A model generated the notes under the pieces. That model was given only the letters and a program-made list of their open reading frames with translations, ran no database searches and had not been told where the DNA came from. Both the position numbers and the translations under genes were made by a program. Shown here one piece after another: positions 7,068-14,894 of a DNA stretch of 32,000 nucleotides. This DNA is from Escherichia coli O15:H12. GTDB taxonomy: Bacteria > Pseudomonadota > Gammaproteobacteria > Enterobacterales > Enterobacteriaceae. The stretch lies in the NCBI RefSeq assembly GCF_014770655.1, contig NZ_CP061749.1; one strand, given 5' to 3'. Every line of letters starts with the position of its first letter. The stretch's first letter is position 1.

Positions 7068-9827
7068 TCATTCTTCAGATGAGTTGTAATCTCCTGGCTG
7101 GTAATTGAGTACATAAACGTTTATTTGTCGTCCCTGAATACGTGGTGATTTTCTTTGGTATCCACGACCGCTGTTTGGTGGGGTTAGCATCCCGGCTTTT
7201 TTCAACACTTCAGCAAACTGTTTTGCGTTGAAACCACATGCGATCTCCTTTTCAAATGTGGCCGGGAATGTGTAGAAAATCATTGGGCTTTCGTCATGTT
7301 CTCCACGCTGACGGTATCCGGCTAAATCTTTGATGGGCAAATCTGCCGGGCTGTATGGAAATGGTGCAAAACGGCTAAGCCCATAGGCATTAAGAAATGC
7401 CTCCGTTTGTTCAATAATCTGCTGATGTTCTTTGTTACCTGTGCCGAACTCGCGCAACCATGCGTTATAGCTGTGCTGTATCGCATCACGGCATGTCTGA
7501 GCATCCCAGCCTGTTACAACCTCGCCTAACAGCAATGCGGCCTCCAGAATGGCAAATCGCGCGGCTACACGGTGAACCTGCTCACCATAATCGGATGGGA
7601 TCAGACTTCTCCATCTGCTTTCGCAGTCACGAACAGTTTTAATTGCCTGTTGCTGGTGGTCTGCCAGCCATTTAATCCACTCACGCCCGGCTGCGCCGTG
7701 GTGATGCTGGTAAGCGTCTTTCAGTGCGTCTGCGTGCTGTTTTCCGTTCTGGTAATCGTGAAAGCGTACTGCTTTACTCAACGGAATATTCAGCAGTCGC
7801 ACCAGTTGTCCGGCTTTGGTTTTTCGCCCGGAAGTAGCGATAAATGTTTCTAAATCCATTTCTCCGGTGCTGATTGCCACTGTACGCCAGCGTTTTAGAT
7901 CCCGGTTTCCACCATCTTTAGCGCCTTGCAGTTTCCCTACACCGTTAAATAACGCATAGGCAGACTGTGAAACACTGACAGGATCAGCGCCCTGACCAAC
8001 TTCATCAAGCGGCATTAGTCCGTCATTGTGGGCGGCGGCTTCATTTGCCAGCCCCAGCGCGGTTCCGTACCACGTCAGCCGCAGTAAATCAGGGTTGCCG
8101 TATAAGCTGCTCGCCACGTTTGCCGTGGTGGTCTTACCTGCGCTCGACTGCTCATAGAAATGAATGCCGAACCCGTCAGCGCCCACCAGCCCAATCAATG
8201 GCGCTGCCAGTGCTGCGCCGATCCCGGTCATCATTGAATAGTTACCAAAGGCCAGACGCGCCACGTTATCACGCCAGCTTTTCGCGCTCCCTGAGACGGT
8301 ATATCCGGCTGCGGCTGAGCTTCTCCCGCTGAACAGCACAGGATTTTCAGGTGTTCCGATGATTTCCCCATCAGGCATGATGTACGCTCCGCATTGCCAG
8401 CCAGTGGCATGAGCAACACGCCACAATTCACGAGAACCACTGCGTTGTAGCCAGTCTGCCAGTATTGCTCTGAGGCTGCTTTTGGTCGTGACATTTACCC
8501 CACCAGCTTTAAGTGTGCGCCATCCTTCACGTTCACCAATATCAGCCAGTGGAATGGCAGCGGTTGTCGGCGTTTCAGAACCAAACGACAGCCAGCGAAG
8601 AATGAGATACTGGTCTTTATCGTCTCTGCCAGTACCGATAACGCTTAACGGCGAACATAACCAGCTTTCGTTATTGATGATTTCTCCACTCTGGCTGTCA
8701 GCTCTCGGAGATACCCAATAAATACCATCCTCGCGGCTTTCTATTCTTGGTTTCAGTGGGTCGGTATCCATAACCTTAAAATCGCTTCCCTCAATGGTCT
8801 GTGGCTCCTGTTTCACGCCATTACCCTGTGGTTGGTACATTGACTTATTGAACGTTTCTGTGGCGCATTTAATGCCGTGTTTTTGGTGGTAATCATTCCA
8901 GTCTGCTTTGTGATCTGTCGGGGGTAATGCCACCCATCCAGAAACAGATAAAGCTGCTTTTTCTGCTGCTATTCTCCCCGTGTTTTGTCTTCCTTCGCTG
9001 TGGTCGTTATCCGCAGCAATGATGATTTGTGCTGAAGGAAATTTATCCCGCAGTACCTGGGCGACATATAACAGGTTCCCGGCATCAATCGCCGCCACTG
9101 TCAGCGCCTCTGGACGAATTAAATGGGCAGATAATGCCGTTGCCAGCCCTTCTGCGATTAAGATGCTCTGTGTTGTTTCTGGCGCGTTTATGGCGTGATA
9201 TGCCCCCCGCTTTGCTGAACCTGTCAGGAGTCTTTTTTCACCATGTGATGTAATAGTCTGTGCTGCTGTGACTGCGCCGGATTTATCCACCAGCGCCAGC
9301 AACAGAGATCCATCGGGCAACACGGGGAATGTAAAATCACCTACCCCTTTCGCAACCAGATAATCAGATTTGCCGTTTACAGCCTTTCTGCGCATGTCAT
9401 CAAACTGACGGGAAAACGTATCCCGTCTTTGTTGTTCGTCCTTCTCTGCCCTTTTCAGGCGCTCCTGTTCGCGTCGCTGGCGCTCGGTTTCCAGTTGTTC
9501 CCGTTTCTGGCTGGTGGCTTCTGGTGTTTCCGTTGTCCGGTAATCAATACCCAGAACATCAGCGGCAAGAAGCGCCGCCTCTGTTGTGTCGCAGTTATTT
9601 ACGCGTTTAATTAAATCCAGCCCATCACCAGCGCCGCACTGATTACAGATGAAGCTACCGCGCCCGTTGTCATCGAACCGGAATCGATCTTTGCCCCCAC
9701 ATGCAGGGCAGGGAGCATGACGGCGCGGAGAGTCAGGGACATTTATGTTCAGGCAGCCCAGCACATGAGGCCAGTTGTTTTCAGACGCACTGATAACCTG
9801 ACGGATAAGATCAATGTTTCGCATCAC
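7068..9827 (-). CDS. P4 alpha-like primase with zinc finger, Toprim and DUF927-type helicase/ATPase
   Basis: 919 aa: zinc-binding CPACGGKDRFRFDD...FICNQCGAG, Toprim-like ILIAEGLATALSA...IIIAADND, Walker-A-like YEQSSAGKTTTANVASSLYG. Confidence 0.9.
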   Translation of the reverse strand: MMRNIDLIRQVISASENNWPHVLGCLNINVPDSPRRHAPCPACGGKDRFRFDDNGRGSFICNQCGAGDGLDLIKRVNNCDTTEAALLAADVLGIDYRTTETPEATSQKREQLETERQRREQERLKRAEKDEQQRRDTFSRQFDDMRRKAVNGKSDYLVAKGVGDFTFPVLPDGSLLLALVDKSGAVTAAQTITSHGEKRLLTGSAKRGAYHAINAPETTQSILIAEGLATALSAHLIRPEALTVAAIDAGNLLYVAQVLRDKFPSAQIIIAADNDHSEGRQNTGRIAAEKAALSVSGWVALPPTDHKADWNDYHQKHGIKCATETFNKSMYQPQGNGVKQEPQTIEGSDFKVMDTDPLKPRIESREDGIYWVSPRADSQSGEIINNESWLCSPLSVIGTGRDDKDQYLILRWLSFGSETPTTAAIPLADIGEREGWRTLKAGGVNVTTKSSLRAILADWLQRSGSRELWRVAHATGWQCGAYIMPDGEIIGTPENPVLFSGRSSAAAGYTVSGSAKSWRDNVARLAFGNYSMMTGIGAALAAPLIGLVGADGFGIHFYEQSSAGKTTTANVASSLYGNPDLLRLTWYGTALGLANEAAAHNDGLMPLDEVGQGADPVSVSQSAYALFNGVGKLQGAKDGGNRDLKRWRTVAISTGEMDLETFIATSGRKTKAGQLVRLLNIPLSKAVRFHDYQNGKQHADALKDAYQHHHGAAGREWIKWLADHQQQAIKTVRDCESRWRSLIPSDYGEQVHRVAARFAILEAALLLGEVVTGWDAQTCRDAIQHSYNAWLREFGTGNKEHQQIIEQTEAFLNAYGLSRFAPFPYSPADLPIKDLAGYRQRGEHDESPMIFYTFPATFEKEIACGFNAKQFAEVLKKAGMLTPPNSGRGYQRKSPRIQGRQINVYVLNYQPGDYNSSEE

Positions 9828-10182
9828 CGTACCCCACGTGGTCTATAGCGTTTGCGATATGGCTAACCAGCATCTGCCACTTGGTTATTCCGTAATCAGT
9901 CAGCATGCCATCATTGTTTAGCCACATATCAAATTCAGCGGTTGTCGCAAGTTTCCACTTATCGCCGTGGACAGTCCTCATTGCTGGGTACATGAATGCG
10001 CAAATCAGATCACAAACATCTGACGGCTTCAGAGATGTAGTAATGGTGCGTCCCTCTGGCGTCTGAATTGCCATTTTCTCTTCACCAGTAGAATGAAGGT
10101 TATGAATCCACACAGCACCAGCAATCTTTGCCACCTGCTCTCCGATTGCGGAGCTAAGCGCCATTTCTGCATTTTCACGCAT
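9811..10182 (-). CDS. Hypothetical phage protein
   Basis: 123-aa ORF, same-strand, overlaps primase start and the next upstream gene. Confidence 0.65.
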   Translation of the reverse strand: MRENAEMALSSAIGEQVAKIAGAVWIHNLHSTGEEKMAIQTPEGRTITTSLKPSDVCDLICAFMYPAMRTVHGDKWKLATTAEFDMWLNNDGMLTDYGITKWQMLVSHIANAIDHVGYGDAKH

Positions 10183-10516
10183 GAGAACCTCCCGCTACAG
10201 TTGCGCCCATGTCATTAACCATGCTTTGCCATATCTCACGACCGACGTCAGTCAATCCGTCCTTAGTGACGCAACGCTCAAGAAGCTCGATCCCCACGGT
10301 TTCCCACTGCGGGTAGAACACTTTCATGGCTGCCAGTGTGTAGCTATCGATCAGGCTGCGAACGCCTTTTACTCCATTGACGATTTCCACACGTACGGCC
10401 TCGCCGTCCGCATCAACCATGAAATAGTCCCCGCCGCTGGTGGAGGTAATGTGGTTATACAGTGCCGACGCATACTTATTTGCCAGCGCATTCAGTCGGA
10501 AATTTTTAGTAATCAT
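10175..10516 (-). CDS. Hypothetical phage protein
   Basis: 113-aa ORF in a tightly packed minus-strand operon. Confidence 0.65.
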   Translation of the reverse strand: MITKNFRLNALANKYASALYNHITSTSGGDYFMVDADGEAVRVEIVNGVKGVRSLIDSYTLAAMKVFYPQWETVGIELLERCVTKDGLTDVGREIWQSMVNDMGATVAGGSHA

Positions 10517-10526
10517 GGCTCCATCC

Positions 10527-11129
10527 TCAGTGCGTCACTGGTTCCGCTGGCATGCCGTTTTCATTCAGTTCAGCTATAAAGCTGTTGTGAAGTTCAGCAA
10601 GCGTTTCACGACCAAATGGAGTCAGTGCTCCTTGTTCCACATCCATCATGGCTCTGTAGAAAATGATGGCGCGTTCTGTGCCAGACTCGATGCCAAAACG
10701 TTCTATCATCGCTCCCTCAATGTTGTTTGCCATAGCGAGGCGCTCTGCTACTGGATACAGCGGCATGGCGACGATGCCGTTGGAATAAACAGCCACTTCG
10801 GAAGGATTGCCAGTATCATCAATGATGCTGACAGTGCCGTTTTCCTCTCTCATTTCCAGCATGAATACTGTTGCGATCAGCCATCTCCACATAATGACGT
10901 TATGCTGTGATGTGTAATCGAAATATCCCTGGTTGCCGCCATCGGCAATAGCGAGATGTATAAACATGCCTTCATCTGGTTTATCGTCATAATCCCCGGC
11001 ATCCAGACGATTTACGGCATCAATATATGAGACGGTCTCAACGCGTTCTGTCATGCCATCGTTGCTGCGGTGCATGATGTTTACGCCGTCAGGCGTTGCT
11101 TCTGCATGGAAGGTTAAGAAATTATTCAT
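10527..11129 (-). CDS. Hypothetical phage protein (start trimmed to MNNFLTFHAEATPDGVNIM)
   Basis: Internal ATG at 11129 overlaps the upstream gene by only 8 nt. The annotated 235-aa start at 11234 overlaps it by 113 nt. Confidence 0.65.
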   Translation of the reverse strand: MNNFLTFHAEATPDGVNIMHRSNDGMTERVETVSYIDAVNRLDAGDYDDKPDEGMFIHLAIADGGNQGYFDYTSQHNVIMWRWLIATVFMLEMREENGTVSIIDDTGNPSEVAVYSNGIVAMPLYPVAERLAMANNIEGAMIERFGIESGTERAIIFYRAMMDVEQGALTPFGRETLAELHNSFIAELNENGMPAEPVTH

Positions 11130-11343
11130 GTTTCGCCTCGCCTGAATGATTCTGTAACTCATATTTGCCCAACAATTCGTCTGCTTCCTGAATAGCTTCT
11201 GGTACGCCATTGAGCAGTGACATAACCGCGCCAATCATTAACTTGTCTCTGTTGCTGGGGCTGGCCCCTTCAAGCCAGAACCCTAAAACAGTCTGAACCT
11301 GTTCGATGCGACATTGCGCTTCAATGAGCTGGATGTTGGTCAT
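11122..11343 (-). CDS. Hypothetical phage protein
   Basis: 73-aa ORF; overlaps the preceding gene by 4 nt and the following gene by 8 nt. Confidence 0.6.
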   Translation of the reverse strand: MTNIQLIEAQCRIEQVQTVLGFWLEGASPSNRDKLMIGAVMSLLNGVPEAIQEADELLGKYELQNHSGEAKHE

Positions 11344-11603
11344 TTCGCACTCTCCACATCGATTAAACTGATATCTATCAGGGAGGTAACTTTTTGTAGC
11401 CAGCTATTGATTACTGTCGCCTGTTCCCCTCCCACCGAGGGAATAATCTCATTCATCACATGAACCAGACCTGTGCGCGCTCTGGTAAGCCGTTCAGTCG
11501 CGCAATCTGCGGGAGTGAATGTGTCTGGATATGGCTCTTCGCGCCCCAGCAATGATTCAATTTCCAGCTCACACGGATGACGATAAATTAAGTTGATATT
11601 CAT
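11340..11603 (-). CDS. Hypothetical phage protein
   Basis: 87-aa ORF; 4-nt overlaps at both ends. Confidence 0.6.
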   Translation of the reverse strand: MNINLIYRHPCELEIESLLGREEPYPDTFTPADCATERLTRARTGLVHVMNEIIPSVGGEQATVINSWLQKVTSLIDISLIDVESAK

Positions 11604-11794
11604 TTTTCACCCCCAAGAATTACCAGCTCGGCACGGGCATCGTTAACCAAAGATGAGCACGCTTTAATCGCATCCACGACATCAGCAGCGTCCATTTCTT
11701 CAGCCGAAAGACTGACAGCAACCAGGACAGCCGCTGCTTGCTCGATTAATTGAAGTGCGGACGTAAGGCGAGGGGTATTAATTGAGTTATTCAT
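11600..11794 (-). CDS. Hypothetical phage protein (MNNSINTPRLTSALQLIEQ...)
   Basis: Start trimmed to the internal ATG at 11794, which overlaps the upstream ORF end (11787) by 8 nt. Confidence 0.6.
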   Translation of the reverse strand: MNNSINTPRLTSALQLIEQAAAVLVAVSLSAEEMDAADVVDAIKACSSLVNDARAELVILGGEK

Positions 11795-12005
11795 TGGTTG
11801 CCCCCGTTTTGCATGGCATTTCGCCACCTTCCAGCAGGAAATGAACGTCACGAACGGCGAGATCCAATATCGCGAGTAACGCCTTCAGTCTTTCGTCTCG
11901 TGAGGGAGAGTTGCTCACCAGAATGTCGTTAATCACTTCTGTCAGTGTGATGATCTGGCTTGTGCGTTCGAGGGGGTCCATATGCACATCGTAGGTTTTA
12001 ATCAT
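11787..12005 (-). CDS. Small phage protein (72 aa, MIKTYDVHMDPLERTSQIITLTEVINDILV...)
   Basis: C-terminal part of the 355-codon open frame 11787-12854. ATG at 12005 overlaps the Icd-like stop by 8 nt. Confidence 0.55.
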   Translation of the reverse strand: MIKTYDVHMDPLERTSQIITLTEVINDILVSNSPSRDERLKALLAILDLAVRDVHFLLEGGEMPCKTGATNE

Positions 12006-12192
12006 GTGCCACCTCCATGCGGATACGACCAGCAAAAAAGCAGACGTGATCGCGCACCAGAGAACGGCGAGCATCGCGTTCAGACTCGGCAGCAATATGA
12101 TGAATTTTGGCGGTAATTGTCGGGCAATCGCGGCGAACTGCGGCGATAATCCAGATAAATTGCGGTTTTTGGGTAGGGGTAGTAGCCAGCAT
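11998..12192 (-). CDS. Icd-like (host cell division inhibitor Icd-like) small protein, 64 aa
   Basis: ATG at 12192 preceded by AAGGAGG. MLATTPTQKPQFIWIIAAVRRDCPTITAKIHHIAAESERDARRSLVRDHVCFFAGRIRMEVAHD has the ESERDARR...FFAGR pattern of Icd-like ORFs. Confidence 0.7.
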   Translation of the reverse strand: MLATTPTQKPQFIWIIAAVRRDCPTITAKIHHIAAESERDARRSLVRDHVCFFAGRIRMEVAHD

Positions 12193-12202
12193 GTGGCAGC
12201 CT

Positions 12203-12243
12203 CCTTGTACTGGGAATTCTTCCCACCACCGGAGCTGCGAAAC
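12203..12243 (-). promoter_or_regulatory. C4 target pair a2 (12235-12243) and b2 (12203-12210), b2 overlapping the icd-like Shine-Dalgarno
   Basis: GTTTCGCAG and GTACAAGG(AGG) on the minus strand, complementary to a' and b'. Confidence 0.75.
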
Positions 12244-12251
12244 TCGCTGGT

Positions 12252-12327
12252 GGTGGACTGAACAGAGTTCGCAGTACCGGCGTACAAGGAAACCGGCCAG
12301 CCTTTCGGCTGCCCTGTCCAGCCCACC
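12252..12327 (-). ncRNA. Candidate C4-type antisense RNA, about 76 nt
   Basis: Closing stem GGTGGGCTGGA/TTCAGTCCACC (11 bp with G-U). Internal CAGCC-GAAA-GGCTG hairpin. CCTTGTAC is held in a CCGG/CCGG-closed loop. b' (CCTTGTAC) and a' (CTGCGAACTC) are complementary to flanking targets. Confidence 0.78.
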
Positions 12328-12348
12328 ATAATTTTGCAAGCGACGCGG

Positions 12349-12354
12349 ATTATA
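12349..12354 (-). promoter_or_regulatory. Possible -10 box for the C4-like RNA
   Basis: Perfect TATAAT on the minus strand 22 nt upstream of the predicted folded RNA; no good -35. Confidence 0.3.
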
Positions 12355-12393
12355 ACCACATCACTGAAAAAAGTGTGAGTCTGGCTAACGGCA

Positions 12394-12416
12394 CAAAAAA
12401 AGACGCTCGGCGCGTC
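12394..12416 (-). terminator. Intrinsic terminator between the a1/b1 targets and the C4-like RNA
   Basis: Minus strand GACGC-GCCGA-GCGTC-TTTTTTT. Confidence 0.8.
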
Positions 12417-12424
12417 ATGTGTCG

Positions 12425-12450
12425 CCTCGTACATTTCCGGGCTGCGAAAC
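12425..12450 (-). promoter_or_regulatory. C4 target pair a1 (12442-12450) and b1 (12425-12432)
   Basis: GTTTCGCAG (identical to a2) and GTACGAGG (one difference from b2, retained as a G-U pair with b'). Confidence 0.7.
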
Positions 12451-12850
12451 CCGGCACCCGTTTTATGAGGTGCCTTATAACCATAAACCGTGTTGCCGCA
12501 TAACGGCAAGCTCTTTTTTATGGACTCCGAAAACTCACTATTGGAAGAACCAGAAGCACAGTACATCGCGCTCATTTCGTTAACGTCACGCGCGTGGACG
12601 AATGTTTTTGTGGAGTCACTACACGAGCGGAAGACATCATCTACGACCAGAAATTTTCTGGCGCAGCCGCTGACCTTCTCAATGCTAATATCATCGCCCG
12701 AGATTTCTGGTATGGTTAAGGCATCCGTTCCGACCACCAGCAAATGATAAACTTTGCTTGTATCTGCTGTATTAATGCCTGACTTTGCCGTCATATTTCT
12801 GGATTTTGGCGACATGCCAGCCAGTGAAAATGTCTTCTTCTGGACGGGTA

Positions 12851-13030
12851 TCATTGGTTAACCTCCGCGAACTCCTTCATGAAACGCGCCAGCGGTTGTA
12901 CGCATGGCGATTGATACCCGTCGCGATAAAACCTCACTCGGTTGTGAGACACGCTTTCGACAGTAACGAGTGCTCCGTGGGCATCTTTGTAGCGTTTTTG
13001 TGGTTGTGGTGTTCCTGTTGGCTTAGACAT
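12851..13030 (-). CDS. DUF4222-like small phage protein
   Basis: MSKPTGTPQPQKRYKDAHGALVTVESVSHNRVRFYRDGYQSPCVQPLARFMKEFAEVNQ; start trimmed to overlap the antirepressor stop by 8 nt. Confidence 0.65.
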   Translation of the reverse strand: MSKPTGTPQPQKRYKDAHGALVTVESVSHNRVRFYRDGYQSPCVQPLARFMKEFAEVNQ

Positions 13031-13856
13031 TGAGCGCCTCCAGACGCTTGGCGAGCCAGCGTTGCGACAGGCGGGTGAGTTCTCCTTTGCGCTGCTCATA
13101 TTCCATGCCCATATCAATTAACGTGATATTGGTGCTTTCGAGATATGAGAGGTGCTCAAGCTGTTCTGCGTTCATATGGTCGCGAGGTTCGCCAGAATAG
13201 CCATTTATCCGCGCCCACTGCTTAGCAGTTAGCCCTCCAAGAACGATACGAGAAATCATATTGCTCTCGTTTGTGTAGTGGTGTTGCTGCGTCGTTTTCC
13301 CCTGCTCGGCACGGGCCATATTCAGCGCATCGCACATTGGCTTAAAGTTGTTTGCGGCACTGATACGGGCTTTTAGCTGGCGACGATAGCGGGCGGCGAT
13401 TTCAGGCACGCTACGCTGTAATTCTTCCTCGCACTGGATGAAATAACGACGGATAGCGCGACCCTGATCATTGCGTTCGATCATTGCCAGTTCTTTCGCC
13501 ATTCCGACACTTAACAGATAGTCTTTGCCGGGTCTGCCAGACTGCTTAATCTTGCTGTAAGCCGCGCCATTCGGGCTTTTCCCCAAATTTGGGGAAATTG
13601 TTTTATGGACTGAGTAATCGTGCCCAATGGTGAAGTCATATTCAGAGATGCGATCAGTGATCCATGTAGAGAAGTCTTTTCCCACGCCCAACGCTTTGTG
13701 TAACGCTTTTGCGCTAACAATATTGGTTTCACGCCCACCGATATGACCAGGAATAACCGGGACAATTGCGGCAAATTCATTACCGTTAATTGTGCCCAGA
13801 GAGGCGTTCAGATGAGGGGCAGCCTCAGAAATTAATCTGCTTTTTTCGATGTTCAT
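13023..13856 (-). CDS. AntA/AntB-type phage antirepressor
   Basis: 277 aa; NIVSAKALHKALGVGKDFSTWITDRISEYDFTIGHDY is typical of the AntA domain. Confidence 0.85.
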   Translation of the reverse strand: MNIEKSRLISEAAPHLNASLGTINGNEFAAIVPVIPGHIGGRETNIVSAKALHKALGVGKDFSTWITDRISEYDFTIGHDYSVHKTISPNLGKSPNGAAYSKIKQSGRPGKDYLLSVGMAKELAMIERNDQGRAIRRYFIQCEEELQRSVPEIAARYRRQLKARISAANNFKPMCDALNMARAEQGKTTQQHHYTNESNMISRIVLGGLTAKQWARINGYSGEPRDHMNAEQLEHLSYLESTNITLIDMGMEYEQRKGELTRLSQRWLAKRLEALNV

Positions 13857-13868
13857 TTTCAGTCTCCG

Positions 13869-14300
13869 TTAGGCGGCGTTAAACGCGTCCGGGTAGAGTT
13901 TCAGAATGTCGGCAATTTCCTGCTGAGAAAGTCCGTTGTGATCATTTATGTTCGCAAGATGGTTAATATGAGTGATCACTTTCAGAACATCACCACGGCA
14001 GGAGAAACGGTAGCGAAGGTGTGTTCCGATACCATCAGGATTCTTTTCGTCGATACGCTCCAGAGTGATTCCAAGCTGGCGTTCTAACTCTGTTGCATAG
14101 TTACGACCAGAAGACAGACGGCAGTAGCGAAGAATGTCATTTTCTGTCCATCCCTCTATACCAGTACGCAGCATATAGACTCTGGCACGATGCTTTTTCG
14201 GTGTACGCTTTGGTGCTTGAAGGGATTTTGTAAGGGGCGTAACATCAGATACACGAATATCTGAATTAGCCGCCTGTAATGGGCGGTTTTTCTTTTCCAT
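13869..14300 (-). CDS. Hypothetical phage protein, possible HTH domain
   Basis: 143-aa ORF; C-terminal GLSQQEIADILKLYPDAF is HTH-like; 1-nt TGATG coupling to the AlpA-like gene. Confidence 0.6.
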   Translation of the reverse strand: MEKKNRPLQAANSDIRVSDVTPLTKSLQAPKRTPKKHRARVYMLRTGIEGWTENDILRYCRLSSGRNYATELERQLGITLERIDEKNPDGIGTHLRYRFSCRGDVLKVITHINHLANINDHNGLSQQEIADILKLYPDAFNAA

Positions 14301-14503
14301 CAGGCCACCTCGTCTCTAGATTCTAATATACACTTCTCAATCCATTCATCTATTTCAGACTCAACAAAAGCAATTGCCCGACTTCCAATTTTTACCTGTT
14401 TAGGGAACCTCCCCTGACTAATAAGACGATAAATCCATGCTTTGCTATAACCAGTTCGCCTTTGAACTTCAGAGAGACGAATTAATGAATTGTAATTAGC
14501 CAT
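14300..14503 (-). CDS. AlpA-family transcriptional regulator
   Basis: LIRLSEVQRRTGYSKAWIYRLISQGRFPKQVKIGSRAIAFVESEIDEWI. Confidence 0.9.
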   Translation of the reverse strand: MANYNSLIRLSEVQRRTGYSKAWIYRLISQGRFPKQVKIGSRAIAFVESEIDEWIEKCILESRDEVA

Positions 14504-14589
14504 TTATTAATATCCTGTACTAATGACGCAATAACCCCCTCCTGCAACGAATGGCGAGAGTTTTATTTGCGTCAAATGTCGAATACGCC

Positions 14590-14625
14590 AAAGACCACAA
14601 TATGAAAAACATATTGCGGTCTTTT
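14590..14625 (+). terminator. Strong hairpin/terminator upstream of alpA-like gene
   Basis: AAAGACCACAATATG-AAAAA-CATATTGCGGTCTTTT, 15-bp arms with one mismatch; T run on the + strand. Confidence 0.6.
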
Positions 14626-14894
14626 ATAAAAGATAGTCAGATTGTTTTGGTTTGTTTGCTCCACAAGGGTAGAGCTACCCTGCATTTCGGCAGGATCACG
14701 CTATTAGGCGTGACATCCAGTAGTTTTAAAGAACATTCCGCTTTGTCAGCGACGTAGAAGGCTCAATACACCTTCGTTTATAAAAGAGCGATTGCCCTTC
14801 TCCAGGGCTAACTGTTAAATAGCAATCCTCTGTGAGTTTTTATCAATCTACTCCCCTATACTTTAGTAAACCTCTGTATACTTGTCCAGTTGTT

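Larger units (their letters stand above)
12006..12854 (-). other. Ash-family-like open reading frame overlapping the immunity RNA region; protein status uncertain
   Basis: Frame 11787-12854 contains KIMVGWTGQPKGWPVSLYAGTANSVQSTTS, the segment seen in Ash-family proteins. It spans an intrinsic terminator and the folded RNA. Confidence 0.45.

Noticed and set aside
12493-12519. Plus-strand hairpin TTGCCG-CATAA-CGGCAA-GC-TCTTTTTT as a second terminator
   Set aside because: Weak 6-bp stem separated from the T run, and no + strand gene feeds it. The T run is better explained as part of the 22-bp motif shared with 4193-4214.
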